Source: an uncultured Burkholderiales bacterium
GTDB lineage: Bacteria; Pseudomonadota; Gammaproteobacteria; Burkholderiales; Burkholderiaceae_C
Length of the DNA stretch: 64,000 nt
Reading direction: 5' to 3'
NCBI GenBank assembly: GCA_903892175.1
Contig: CAITHK010000267.1
Coordinates: 146 to 64,145, forward strand
The notes beneath the pieces were generated by a model, which made no database searches, had not been told where the DNA came from, and worked only from the letters and a program-made list of their open reading frames with translations. The translations under genes were made by a program, and so were the position numbers. Numbering within the stretch: position 1 is the first letter of the stretch; each line of letters begins with the position of its first letter. Below, piece after piece: positions 18,139 to 27,662 of the stretch.

Positions 18139-19035
18139 ATGCAAGCCGAAATCAATGCCAGCCTTCAATGCGTCGTGCAAGGCGCCGACATCTTGGGCGA
18201 GGTGCCGCTGTGGTGTGACCGCACGCGCCAGTTGTGGTGGGTCGATGTGCGGCGACCTGCGGTGCAGTCGTACGACCCGGCGACCGGTGCGCACCGCGCG
18301 TGGCGCTTGGCCCCTGAGTTGGTGACGGGCTCGATCGCTCTGCGCGAATCGGGCGGCTTGGTGCTGGCCACACCGGGGGGCTTTTATGGCTATGACCCGG
18401 CGCAGCCCTTGGCCCCGTCGTTGATTTGCGACCCCGGACTGGGTGGCGCAGGTATGCGCTTGAACGATGGCAAGTGCGACCGCCGTGGCCGCTTTTGGGC
18501 CGGCAGCATGCACGACACAGTGCGCGAACCTCGTGGCGTGTTGTACCGTCTGGACCCCGACCACAGCTGCCACGCCATGCTCGATGGCTTTGTGTTGCCC
18601 AATGCCTTGTGCTGGAGCCCGGACGACAAGACGATGTACTTTGCCGACACTCACAACCAAATGATGTGGGCCTTTGATTACGACTTGAACGACGGCGCGA
18701 TTTCGAACCGCCGCGTCTTCAAAGACTGGACGCACCAGCTGGGTCGCCCCGATGGGGCCACGGTGGATGCCGAGGGCTGTGTCTGGCACACCATGGTGGC
18801 CACGGGGCACTTGGTCCGACTCGACCCCAAGGGCCGCGTGGACCGCGTGATCCAACTGCCCGTGACCAACCCCACTTGCCCCGCTTTTGGTGGCAAGGGT
18901 TTGCGCACCTTGTACGTCACCAGCCACTCGCAGCGCATCGCGCCTGAGCGTTTGGCGGCCGAGCCTTGGGCCGGCGCTTTGCTCAGCCTGGATGTGGGCG
19001 TGGCCGGGTTGCCTGAGCCGCGTTACCAAGGCTGA
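18139..19035 (+). CDS. SMP-30/gluconolactonase family lactonase
   Basis: Motifs LGEVPLW, RLNDGKCD, PNALCWSPD, PDGATVDAEG and TCPAFGG. Confidence 0.92.
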   Translation: MQAEINASLQCVVQGADILGEVPLWCDRTRQLWWVDVRRPAVQSYDPATGAHRAWRLAPELVTGSIALRESGGLVLATPGGFYGYDPAQPLAPSLICDPGLGGAGMRLNDGKCDRRGRFWAGSMHDTVREPRGVLYRLDPDHSCHAMLDGFVLPNALCWSPDDKTMYFADTHNQMMWAFDYDLNDGAISNRRVFKDWTHQLGRPDGATVDAEGCVWHTMVATGHLVRLDPKGRVDRVIQLPVTNPTCPAFGGKGLRTLYVTSHSQRIAPERLAAEPWAGALLSLDVGVAGLPEPRYQG

Positions 19036-19094
19036 GCCGCGCGGCATGGCTGTCTTGTGAATTTCTCGATCACTCATTCAACTTTGGAACACGT

Positions 19095-20045
19095 ATGCGA
19101 CGCAACACTTTGAAGCTTTGGCTGCTGGGCACCGCAGCGCTGTGTCTGGGCTGGTCAGCGCAAGCGGCAGACGTGCTCAAAATCATCGTGCCGTTTGCCG
19201 CAGGTGGACCCGCTGATCAAATTGCCCGCATCATCACGCCCGCACTCAGCAGCGCTTTGGGCAAGCCCGTGGTGGTGGACAACCGTGGTGGGGCGGGTGG
19301 CACGGTGGGTGTGTCGGCAGCGGTGAAGTCGCTGCCCGATGGGCAGACCATTGTGTTGACCACATCGAGTTTGGTACTGAGTGCGGGCACCACCGCCAAT
19401 TTGCCCTACAACCCCCGCAAAGACTTGGAGCCCGTGTTCCTGCTGGGTGAGGTGCAAACCATGCTGGCGGTGCGCCCCTCGCTGGGGGTGAACAACCTGG
19501 CCGAGCTGGTGGCCAAAGCCAAGAGCACCAAACTCAATTACGGCTCCACCGGAGTCGGCGGCACCATGCACGTGGGGGCCGAGTTGTTCAGCAAGGTGGC
19601 CGATGCGCCGATGGTGCACATTCCGTACCGCGGTGCGGCGCCTGCCTTGGTCGATTTGATGTCGGGCACGCTCGATGTAGTGAACGCCGATGTGCCGGTG
19701 CTCAAGGCTTACATCAAAGACGGGCGCATCAAAGGCATTGTGATTTTTGACACCAAGCGTTCGCCACATTTGCCCGATGTGCCCACCGCCGCAGAGGCGG
19801 GCATGCCGCTGTTGCAGATGACCAATTGGTACGGCGTATTGGTGCCCGCAGGCGTGCCCGCTGACGTGCGCCAAAAGCTGGCCCAAGCGCTGGCCCATGT
19901 GGTGGCGCAACCCGAGGTGGCTGCTAAGTTGGCCGAGGCGGGGTTCAGCAATCCGCGTGACAGCGCGGGCTTCAAAGCGCGCTTGGACGCAGACTTTGAC
20001 CGCTGGATTCCTTGGCTCAAAGAAGCCAAGATTCAAACCGATTGA
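19095..20045 (+). CDS. Bug/TctC substrate-binding protein
   Basis: Motifs IIVPFAAGGPAD, VDNRGGAGG and HIPYRG. Confidence 0.92.
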   Translation: MRRNTLKLWLLGTAALCLGWSAQAADVLKIIVPFAAGGPADQIARIITPALSSALGKPVVVDNRGGAGGTVGVSAAVKSLPDGQTIVLTTSSLVLSAGTTANLPYNPRKDLEPVFLLGEVQTMLAVRPSLGVNNLAELVAKAKSTKLNYGSTGVGGTMHVGAELFSKVADAPMVHIPYRGAAPALVDLMSGTLDVVNADVPVLKAYIKDGRIKGIVIFDTKRSPHLPDVPTAAEAGMPLLQMTNWYGVLVPAGVPADVRQKLAQALAHVVAQPEVAAKLAEAGFSNPRDSAGFKARLDADFDRWIPWLKEAKIQTD

Positions 20046-20062
20046 CCATCCAGATCACGCCC

Positions 20063-21010
20063 ATGTCGACCTTACCGGTGTTGTTGGAACTGGGTCCTTT
20101 GCCTGTGGGTCTGACCCAGCGTTTGCAAGCGCACTACCGCTTGCACGCTTTGTGGCAAGAGCCTGATCGTGCTGCTTTTTTGACGCAGCATGCCGGGCAG
20201 TTTGCCGGGGCTGTGACCATGTCGCGCTACGGTTGCCCAGCCGATGTGATGGCCTGCGTGGCAGGCCGCGTGGTGGCGTGTTTTGGCACCGGCTACGAGG
20301 GGCTGGACTTGGCGGCTGCGCAGCAGCACCATGTGCACGTCAGCACCACGCCCGATGTGCTCAACGACTGCGTGGCCGATTTGGCGTTTGGCCTCATCTT
20401 GGCCACGGCACGCCGACTGTGTGCGGCGGATCGTTATGTGCATGCGGGTGAGTGGCCCAAGGCCAATTACGGCTTGGCACACCGCGTGAGTGGCAAGCGG
20501 CTGGGCATTGTGGGGCTGGGCCGCATTGGCCGCGTGGTGGCCAAACGTTCACAGGGCTTTGACATGCCGGTGCGCTACCACGGCAGACATGCACAGGCCG
20601 ATGTGTCGTATGGCTATGAGGCTGATTTGAGGGCCTTGGCCGAATGGGCCGATTTTTTGGTGGTGACATGCCCAGGCGGGGAAGCGACGCGGGGCTTGAT
20701 CAACGCGCAGGTCTTGGAGGCTTTGGGGTCAGAGGGGTTTTTGATCAATGTGTCGCGCGGCAGCGTGATCGACGAAGCTGCTTTGTTGGACGCCGTGCAG
20801 CACCAGCGCATTGGCGGTGTGGGCTTGGATGTCTACCAACACGAGCCCCACATTCCAGAGGCGCTGCTTAACAACCCACGCGTGGTGGCCCTGCCGCACA
20901 TCGCGGCGTCCACCCACGAGACCCGCGCCGCGATGGAGGCCTTGGTGGCCGACAACCTGGCTTCTTTTTTTGCAACTGGCCGCGTGCTCACCCCACCGCT
21001 CACCCCATGA
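20063..21010 (+). CDS. D-2-hydroxyacid dehydrogenase (glyoxylate/hydroxypyruvate reductase-like)
   Basis: Motifs GIVGLGRIG, INVSRGSVIDE, LDVYQHEP and PHIAAST. Confidence 0.92.
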   Translation: MSTLPVLLELGPLPVGLTQRLQAHYRLHALWQEPDRAAFLTQHAGQFAGAVTMSRYGCPADVMACVAGRVVACFGTGYEGLDLAAAQQHHVHVSTTPDVLNDCVADLAFGLILATARRLCAADRYVHAGEWPKANYGLAHRVSGKRLGIVGLGRIGRVVAKRSQGFDMPVRYHGRHAQADVSYGYEADLRALAEWADFLVVTCPGGEATRGLINAQVLEALGSEGFLINVSRGSVIDEAALLDAVQHQRIGGVGLDVYQHEPHIPEALLNNPRVVALPHIAASTHETRAAMEALVADNLASFFATGRVLTPPLTP

Positions 21011-21324
21011 TTTACGAACAACGCACCTACACCTTGCCGCACGGCCAAATGGAAGAGTATCTGGCCCGCTTTGAAGCCGAAGGCTTGCCTCTGGAGATGA
21101 AGTACTTGGGGCGTTTGCTGGGGTTTTATGTGACCGAGATTGGCACGCTCAATCAAGTGGTGCACATCTGGGTCTACGACAGCATGGCCGACCGTGAGCA
21201 ACGCCGCGCTGCGATGGATGCCGACCCCGAGTGGCAGGCGTTCAAGGTGCGTAATCGGGGCAGTTTTGTGGCGCAAGAGGTCAAGATCATGCGCCCCACC
21301 AAGTTCTCACCGCATTGGGTGTGA
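21007..21324 (+). CDS. NIPSNAP family protein
   Basis: Motifs MIYEQRTY, EIGTLNQVVHIWVY and DPEW. Confidence 0.88.
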   Translation: MIYEQRTYTLPHGQMEEYLARFEAEGLPLEMKYLGRLLGFYVTEIGTLNQVVHIWVYDSMADREQRRAAMDADPEWQAFKVRNRGSFVAQEVKIMRPTKFSPHWV

Positions 21325-21325
21325 G

Positions 21326-21955
21326 TCACATGGGCGGCGCAAAACCATTGCGCCCGACGGTCACGCGCACTGCGGTGGGTTGCCCGTCTTTGACCTGAGC
21401 CACCACCATCACCTTGGCGCCCGGAATCAGCAACACGTTTTCCTCTGCTTTGGCCGGGCGGAGGGTGACGATCGGCGTGCCTGCAGGCACCAGCAAGCGC
21501 TTTTGGCCGTCTTTGTAGGTCAGCAGCAGTTCTTGAGCGCCAGGCATTTGGCTGGGGGCCACGGCCAAGCTGGCCACGGTGGCGTTGGTCATGGTGCTTT
21601 GGGGTTGCAAGTCCCAGGCGTAATGGCCTTCGCCGGTGCCGCGTGCGGCTTCCGGAAACACCAACACTTCCAAGGCCAGCTGTGAACCATCGGCTTGCGG
21701 CATGGCCGCCGAGCCGATGAAGCTGCCCACTTGAATGTCTTTCAGCGCGATTGGCAAGACCTCAGACACCGGCATATCGGCAGGGCGCACCAGCGTGACG
21801 ACTTCGCCGCTGCGCTCTTTCACCACCAGTTGCGTGGGGGTGACTTGTTCGATCGTGCCGCGCACGCGCACAGGCGCAGAGGGGCTGGCTGTTTGTGCGT
21901 GAAGGCACAGGGTGAGGCAAGACAAAAGACCTGCGACGAGCATACGTGGGAACAT
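21326..21955 (-). CDS. Conserved exported hypothetical protein (DUF5666-like beta protein)
   Basis: Signal peptide and AGGAG RBS; conserved-looking segments RGTIE, ALEVLVFPEAARGTGEGH and STMTNATV. Confidence 0.72.
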   Translation of the reverse strand: MFPRMLVAGLLSCLTLCLHAQTASPSAPVRVRGTIEQVTPTQLVVKERSGEVVTLVRPADMPVSEVLPIALKDIQVGSFIGSAAMPQADGSQLALEVLVFPEAARGTGEGHYAWDLQPQSTMTNATVASLAVAPSQMPGAQELLLTYKDGQKRLLVPAGTPIVTLRPAKAEENVLLIPGAKVMVVAQVKDGQPTAVRVTVGRNGFAPPM

Positions 21956-22003
21956 GGCAACTCCTAAAAGGCAACAGTGGGGGTATCCGCAAGATACAGG
22001 GTT

Positions 22004-22225
22004 TCAGGGAGATGCGTTAGCGTCGACCCCAGACCAGGCCTCGCACGCGTTGAACGCTTTGACTTCGGGGTAGTGCGCCATGCGTTGGAATTTACGCATC
22101 AACACCGAGCTTTGAAAATACTGCAGGCCACAGCGCAAGCCGGTGCTGGCCGAGTAGGAAGGCATCACGTAGCGGCACGACTGGCATCGCGGGTTGCTGA
22201 GGTGCTGCGATTCCAGTTGGGACAT
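22004..22225 (-). CDS. Small Cys-rich hypothetical protein (CxxC-x14-C...C)
   Basis: 73 aa with 4 Cys; starts 9 nt after the preceding small gene on the same strand. Confidence 0.55.
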   Translation of the reverse strand: MSQLESQHLSNPRCQSCRYVMPSYSASTGLRCGLQYFQSSVLMRKFQRMAHYPEVKAFNACEAWSGVDANASP

Positions 22226-22234
22226 GGTGAGCCG

Positions 22235-22447
22235 CTAGGCTTTGACGGGTTTGCAGTCTCCGCACATGAACATGCTTTGGTTGAGTAACCGTTTGAAGGT
22301 ACCCAAAGCCCTGGGCTTGTGCAGGCCGCATTTGTAGCAGCTCATGCTGGCCGCCGTGTGGCCAGAACCACCGAATGGAGATCCCCCGGCTTTGGATTTG
22401 TAGCGAAGTCCGTCGCTGGCGATCTTGGTGGTTTCATCTCTGCTCAT
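22235..22447 (-). CDS. Small zinc-ribbon-like hypothetical protein
   Basis: 70 aa with CYKC...CGDC. TAAAAT lies 7 nt before the ATG, suggesting a leaderless mRNA. Confidence 0.68.
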   Translation of the reverse strand: MSRDETTKIASDGLRYKSKAGGSPFGGSGHTAASMSCYKCGLHKPRALGTFKRLLNQSMFMCGDCKPVKA

Positions 22448-22513
22448 GGTGCGAATTTTAGGTGAAATGTGTTCAGGGTAAGTGCCTAGGCTTTTGCAGG
22501 CCGCAATTCCCCC

Positions 22514-23410
22514 TCAGATCTGCCGGTGCAAGACAGCGCGACGCATCATGTCGCAGAAGTATTCGGCCGCCGGTGTGAGGGGCAAACCGCTGCGGCGCAC
22601 CAAGCAAATCGGCGGAGCGGGCAAGACTTCGCGCACCGGGATGGCCTGGACCATGTTGCTCAAGGGCAGGGATTGCGTCCACTGCACAGGCAACATCATC
22701 AGCAAATCTGAGTTGACCAAGGCCACCAAAAAAGTGAGGGTCGAATGGCCTTGCATCACCAATTTGGGCGCGGGCAAGCCATGCTGGGCAAACAAGGGGC
22801 CAAGTTCTTCTTCGGCGATGTGGGTCACCGAGGTGGTGATCCACTCGGCATCGGCCAACTCGGCCAAGGACTGCGCATGGGCCAAGGGGTGGCCTTTGCG
22901 GCCAAAAATCATGCGCGTGTTGTCAAAGAGTTTTTCTCGGGTCAGCTCAGGCGCCAAGGCTCCCGGGTCGGGGCCCATGTAGCAGTCGACGCGGCTTTCT
23001 TTGAGGTCGGCTTCGATGGCGGGGTACATCGCATCCCGAATTTCAATCGTGACATGCGGGTAGCGCTCACGAAACGGACGCAAGGCATGTGGCAGCAAGG
23101 CGATGTGCGGCACGCTGGACAGCGCCACCGTCAAGCGACCATGGGTTTCGCCGCGCAGCTGGTCAAGCTCTTCTTGGGCCAAGCGCAGTTCGTTGCGCAC
23201 CGCACCGGCGCGGCGTAAAAACACCGAGCCCATGGGGGTGAGCTGTACGCCGCTGGGGCTGCGTTCGAACAAGACCACGCCGAGCTCTCGCTCCAGCTCT
23301 TGGATGCTGCGGCTGATGGCCGGTTGAGAGCCATTGAGTTGACGGGCTGCGGCGCGCAAGCTGCCGCGTTCGGCCACCGCCAAGAAGTCACGCACGGCGC
23401 TGAACTTCAT
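22514..23410 (-). CDS. LysR-family transcriptional regulator
   Basis: HTH FLAVAERGSLRAAARQL..SQPAISRSIQELERELG; divergent from the monooxygenase gene. Confidence 0.93.
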   Translation of the reverse strand: MKFSAVRDFLAVAERGSLRAAARQLNGSQPAISRSIQELERELGVVLFERSPSGVQLTPMGSVFLRRAGAVRNELRLAQEELDQLRGETHGRLTVALSSVPHIALLPHALRPFRERYPHVTIEIRDAMYPAIEADLKESRVDCYMGPDPGALAPELTREKLFDNTRMIFGRKGHPLAHAQSLAELADAEWITTSVTHIAEEELGPLFAQHGLPAPKLVMQGHSTLTFLVALVNSDLLMMLPVQWTQSLPLSNMVQAIPVREVLPAPPICLVRRSGLPLTPAAEYFCDMMRRAVLHRQI

Positions 23411-23557
23411 GCCGCGCCAGGGGCTGGAATCGCTTGCCCCAAAACATAGGGAAAACGAGAGAGATCGAATTTTGGCATCGGCATGGGAATATTGTCATCT
23501 TCTCGCATCACTTGGTCATCCGTACCATCCCTAGCATTTGAAACTTGGAGACTTGGC

Positions 23558-25210
23558 ATGGGTGATTCGTTGTTGAAGACGGGGGTGTTGATCGTGGGTG
23601 CAGGCCCCGTGGGCTTGGCCTTGGCGATTGAGTTGGGCCACCGCTCGATTCCGTGTGTCTTGATTGAGCGCAACGAACGGGTGGGCTATGCACCCCGTGC
23701 CAAGACCACCAATGTGCGCACCCGCGAACACTTTCGCCGTTGGGGCATTGCCGACACGCTGCGCGCAGCCTCACCGTTTGGCATGTATTACCCCTCGAAT
23801 GTGGTGTTTTGCACCAGCTTGGCCGGTCACGAGTTGACGCGTTTTGAGAACGCCATGTACTGCGCACCCGGGCGCAACCCCTTGTACTCAGAACACGGTC
23901 AATGGATTCCGCAGTACACGGTGGAAGAAGTGATGCGCGAGCATGCGCAGTCCTTGCCGAATGTGGACTTGCGGTTCAACACCGAGTTGACTGCTTTTGA
24001 ACAAGACGGTGATGGCGTGCATGCGGTGGTGCGGGACCTCAAGCGCGGCCAGAGCATCACCATCCAAGCCGATTTCATGGTGGGGGCCGATGGCTCGCGC
24101 AGTGTGGTGCGTGAGGGCATAGGCGCCAAGATGGAAGGCACCCGGGGCCTGTCACGCAACTACAACGTGGTGTTCAAGGCGCCTGGCTTGGCGCAGAAAC
24201 AAAAGCACGGCCCTGCCATCATGTACTGGCAGGTCAATGCCGAAGCGCCGAGCTTGATTGGCCCCATGGACCAAGGCGACAAGTGGTTCTTCATGCCCAC
24301 GGGCATGAAAGAAGGCAGCAAGCTGGATGTGGCGAACACGCCGGATTTGATTCGCAAGGCCACCGGGATTGACTTGCCTTATGAGGTGCTGTCGACCGAC
24401 GAGTGGGTGGCCAGTCGTTTGCTGGCCAACACCTACCGCGACCGCCGGGTGTTTTTGGCGGGGGACGCGTGCCACTTGCATCCACCGTTTGGTGGCTATG
24501 GCATGAACATGGGCGTGGCCGATGGGGTGGACTTGGGTTGGAAGATCGCCGCTGTCTTGCAAGGCTGGGGCGGGCCCGAGTTGTTGGACAGCTACGAGCA
24601 AGAGCGCAAGCCCGTGCACAACATGGTGTTGGACGAGGCGGTGGCCAACCACGCCATGCTGGGCAACCAACTGTGGAAAGAGGGTTTGGACGGTGACAAC
24701 GCGCAAGGCGCTGCCATGCGCCGCGAGGTGGGTGCGGTCATTCAAGCGGGCAAGTTGCGCGAGTTCACCACGCTGGGCGTGATGTTGGGCTACCGCTATG
24801 AACATTCACCCGTGATCGTGGCCGATGGCACACGCGCACCGGGCCACGACTACATCAACTACGTGCCCACGTCCCGCCCGGGTTCCTTGGCGCCTCATGC
24901 GTGGCTGCACGATGGCTCGTCGCTGTACGACCACTTTGGGCTGGGCTTCACCTTGTTGGCTTCCAAAGACGCGCCGTCTGAGGCAATGGACCAAGCCCGC
25001 GTGCAGGCCCGCGCTGCCGGTGTGCCGCTGACGGTGATTCAACCCCAAGAGTCGGGCATTGCCGATTTGTACCCGACCCGCTTCACACTGATTCGCCCAG
25101 ACCAACACGTAGCCTGGCGCGCCGATGCATGGCCGCATGCCAGCGCAGGTTTGTTTGAAAAGATCAGTGGCCGTGCCCCTTCTTTGACCACCACAGGAGC
25201 CTTCGCATGA
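23558..25210 (+). CDS. FAD-dependent aromatic monooxygenase (PheA/TfdB, class A)
   Basis: GAGPVG, GADGSRS, RVFLAGDACH..PPFGGYGMN and C-terminal IRPDQHVAWR; GGAG RBS before ATG 23558. Confidence 0.92.
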   Translation: MGDSLLKTGVLIVGAGPVGLALAIELGHRSIPCVLIERNERVGYAPRAKTTNVRTREHFRRWGIADTLRAASPFGMYYPSNVVFCTSLAGHELTRFENAMYCAPGRNPLYSEHGQWIPQYTVEEVMREHAQSLPNVDLRFNTELTAFEQDGDGVHAVVRDLKRGQSITIQADFMVGADGSRSVVREGIGAKMEGTRGLSRNYNVVFKAPGLAQKQKHGPAIMYWQVNAEAPSLIGPMDQGDKWFFMPTGMKEGSKLDVANTPDLIRKATGIDLPYEVLSTDEWVASRLLANTYRDRRVFLAGDACHLHPPFGGYGMNMGVADGVDLGWKIAAVLQGWGGPELLDSYEQERKPVHNMVLDEAVANHAMLGNQLWKEGLDGDNAQGAAMRREVGAVIQAGKLREFTTLGVMLGYRYEHSPVIVADGTRAPGHDYINYVPTSRPGSLAPHAWLHDGSSLYDHFGLGFTLLASKDAPSEAMDQARVQARAAGVPLTVIQPQESGIADLYPTRFTLIRPDQHVAWRADAWPHASAGLFEKISGRAPSLTTTGAFA

Positions 25211-26169
25211 GTTCAATTCCCGCGCTCGAATCACGCCGCCCAGGTGTGCTGGCCGTTCACTCGGTCGACCGATTTGTCTACACCGTGCCAGACCTGGGTG
25301 TGGCGCTGAAGTTCTACACCGACTTCGGACTGGATGTGCGCCAAGTGGACCAACGCTTGGACTTGTACACCTTTGGCCACGACCACTGCTGGGCCTCGGT
25401 GTTTGAAGCGGGCGAGCGCAAGCAGCTGCAATACGTGCGTTACGGCATCTTTGCCGAAGACGTGGCCGCGTTTGAGCACCGCGTGAAAGATTTAGGGATA
25501 GGTTGCGAGCCGCATCCCTTGGGCAGCCCAGATGGCATTTGGCTGCGCAACCCCGATGGCACGGCGGTCCAGCTGTTGGTGGCGGCGAAAGTCTCGCCAT
25601 CGGTCAAGTCCACCCCTACGCACCAAAAGCCCGTACCGGCGGGCAAAGGGGCAGCGCCCAGCCGCAGCCAGGTGGTGTCGACCCGACCCAAACATTTGTC
25701 GCATGTGTTGTTCTTTAGCCCTGACGTCTTGCGCATGACACGCTTCGCTGAAGACGTGTTGGGTCTGCGCTTGTCAGACTCCTCGGGCGACATCATTGCC
25801 TTCATCCACACACCGCACGGCAGCGACCACCACTTGATTGCGCTGGCCAAGTCGCACGCACCGGGCTTGCACCACAGCAGCTGGGAGGTGGGCAGCATTG
25901 ACGAGGTGGGCGTGGGGTCTGAGCAAATGCGCAATGCAGGTTGGACCCACGGTTGGGGTTTTGGCCGTCACGTGTTGGGATCGAACTACTTCTACTACGT
26001 GCGCGATCCCTGGGGCAGTTTTTGCGAGTACTCGCACGACATCGACTTTGTGCCCGCCGATCTCGATTGGCCTGCAGCCGACCATGCGGCCGAAGACTCG
26101 CTGTATGTGTGGGGCCCCACCATGCCCGAGGGCTTCATCACCAACCAAGAGCAGCCTTTGCCTGCGTGA
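25207..26169 (+). CDS. VOC-family extradiol ring-cleavage dioxygenase
   Basis: Two VOC domains; LSHV, SDHH, GLHHSSW and GFGRHVLGSNYFYYVRDPWGSFCEY carry the His/His/Glu ligands. Confidence 0.85.
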   Translation: MSSIPALESRRPGVLAVHSVDRFVYTVPDLGVALKFYTDFGLDVRQVDQRLDLYTFGHDHCWASVFEAGERKQLQYVRYGIFAEDVAAFEHRVKDLGIGCEPHPLGSPDGIWLRNPDGTAVQLLVAAKVSPSVKSTPTHQKPVPAGKGAAPSRSQVVSTRPKHLSHVLFFSPDVLRMTRFAEDVLGLRLSDSSGDIIAFIHTPHGSDHHLIALAKSHAPGLHHSSWEVGSIDEVGVGSEQMRNAGWTHGWGFGRHVLGSNYFYYVRDPWGSFCEYSHDIDFVPADLDWPAADHAAEDSLYVWGPTMPEGFITNQEQPLPA

Positions 26170-26187
26170 CCCAGGCGGCGCAGGGCG

Positions 26188-27216
26188 TCAAGCCTTGCGC
26201 ACGTGCTGCCCTAAACGCTTGTACAAACCCAAGGCGTTGTGCTGGTAGATTTTTTCTTTGTCTGCGTCACTCACCACCTGCGTGGCTTTGATGTACTCGT
26301 GCGTGTCATCGAAGTGACGACCTGTTTGGGGGTCAACCGCACGCACGGCACCGATGGTTTCCGAGGCAAACAACACATTGTCTGAGGGAATGACTTTCAA
26401 CAGCAGGTCAATCCCGGGTTGGTGGTATACGCAGGTGTCAAAGTAGAGGTTCTTGAACATGCGGGTGGTCAAGTCGCCCAAGCCCATGTCGATGGCCATG
26501 CCCTGGTAGCGGCCCCAGTGGTAGGGCGCAGCGCCTCCGCCATGCGGGATGATGAACTTGAGGGTCGGGTGGTCTTTGAAGAGGTCCGACATCATGAATT
26601 GCACAAAAGCGGTGGTGTCGCCGTTGATGTAATGCGTGGCCACGGCATTGAAGTGCGGGTTGCAAGAACCACTGACGTGGATCATGACGGGCACGTCGAG
26701 TGCGACCAATTGGTCGTAGAGCGGGTACCACCAGTCCTTGTCCCACAGCGGTGGGTCAGACCAATGGCCGCCTGAAGGATCGGGGTTGAGGTTGGCGCCG
26801 ACAAAGCCCAGTTCTTGGATGCAGCGCTGAAGTTCGCGAAACACCGCCGCCCCTGGTTTTTGCCCACTGACTTGCGGCAGTTGGCACACGCCTGCCAAGT
26901 GCTGGGGGAACATCTTGCAGGCGCGATCAACCAAGTTGTTGCAGTACTCGGCCCAGCGCACGTTGGTGGCTTCGTCGCCAAATTGGTGGTCCATGCCAAT
27001 GGCGCGGGGAGAGAACAAGGTCAGGTCGATGCCGCGCGCTTGCATGACCTGGAGTTGGTTCTCAGAGATGGCGGCGTGGATTTGCGCGTCACTGATTTCT
27101 GGAGGGTCTTCGGGCAGGCACTGGCCTGTGGTTTGGAAGTACGCGACTTGCCGCGCCCGATAGGCCATGACCTCTGGCGGGGTGGTGGTGAAATGTCCGT
27201 GGCAATCAATGATCAT
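26188..27216 (-). CDS. ligJ: Amidohydrolase-2, 4-oxalomesaconate hydratase (LigJ)-like
   Basis: MIIDCHGH, FSPRA, NPDPSGG, HYINGDTTAFVQF, PHGGGA, FDTCVYHQPG and FASE match the LigJ pattern. Confidence 0.78.
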   Translation of the reverse strand: MIIDCHGHFTTTPPEVMAYRARQVAYFQTTGQCLPEDPPEISDAQIHAAISENQLQVMQARGIDLTLFSPRAIGMDHQFGDEATNVRWAEYCNNLVDRACKMFPQHLAGVCQLPQVSGQKPGAAVFRELQRCIQELGFVGANLNPDPSGGHWSDPPLWDKDWWYPLYDQLVALDVPVMIHVSGSCNPHFNAVATHYINGDTTAFVQFMMSDLFKDHPTLKFIIPHGGGAAPYHWGRYQGMAIDMGLGDLTTRMFKNLYFDTCVYHQPGIDLLLKVIPSDNVLFASETIGAVRAVDPQTGRHFDDTHEYIKATQVVSDADKEKIYQHNALGLYKRLGQHVRKA

Positions 27217-27219
27217 GGG

Positions 27220-27630
27220 TCAACCCTTGGTTGAAGTGGGTGACACCACGGCCACGATTTCGATTTGTATCAACATGCCGCCGGGCAGGTCGGTTACCAC
27301 GGTGTGGCGAGCGGGTCGGTCATGGGGGTCGGGGAAGCAGGCCAGCCACTGCGCGTTCAACAACTCGCGCACGCTGTTGTCTTGGATGTAGGCCTTGACG
27401 TGCACCACGTCGTCCAAGCTGGCGCCCCCGTTGCGCAACAGGGTGCGCAGGTGTTGGAACACAAACTTGGCTTGGCTGGCTGCGTCGCTGGGCAGGGTGT
27501 CGTTGGCCGGGTCGCGGCCCATGATGCCGGACGAGTAAATCATGTTGCCCACGCGCGCGCCCATGGGGATGGGCGCGTTGCCGTGTGTGATGCCATCGAC
27601 TTCGATGGAACGGGGTCTTCTGGGGGTCAT
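27220..27630 (-). CDS. RidA/YjgF/UK114 family imine deaminase
   Basis: Motifs IYSSGI, GASLDDVVHV, RPARHT (catalytic Arg retained) and IQIEIVA. Confidence 0.85.
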   Translation of the reverse strand: MTPRRPRSIEVDGITHGNAPIPMGARVGNMIYSSGIMGRDPANDTLPSDAASQAKFVFQHLRTLLRNGGASLDDVVHVKAYIQDNSVRELLNAQWLACFPDPHDRPARHTVVTDLPGGMLIQIEIVAVVSPTSTKG

Positions 27631-27662
27631 ACGTCAATCACCTTGGTGTGTGTTGGGTTCGC

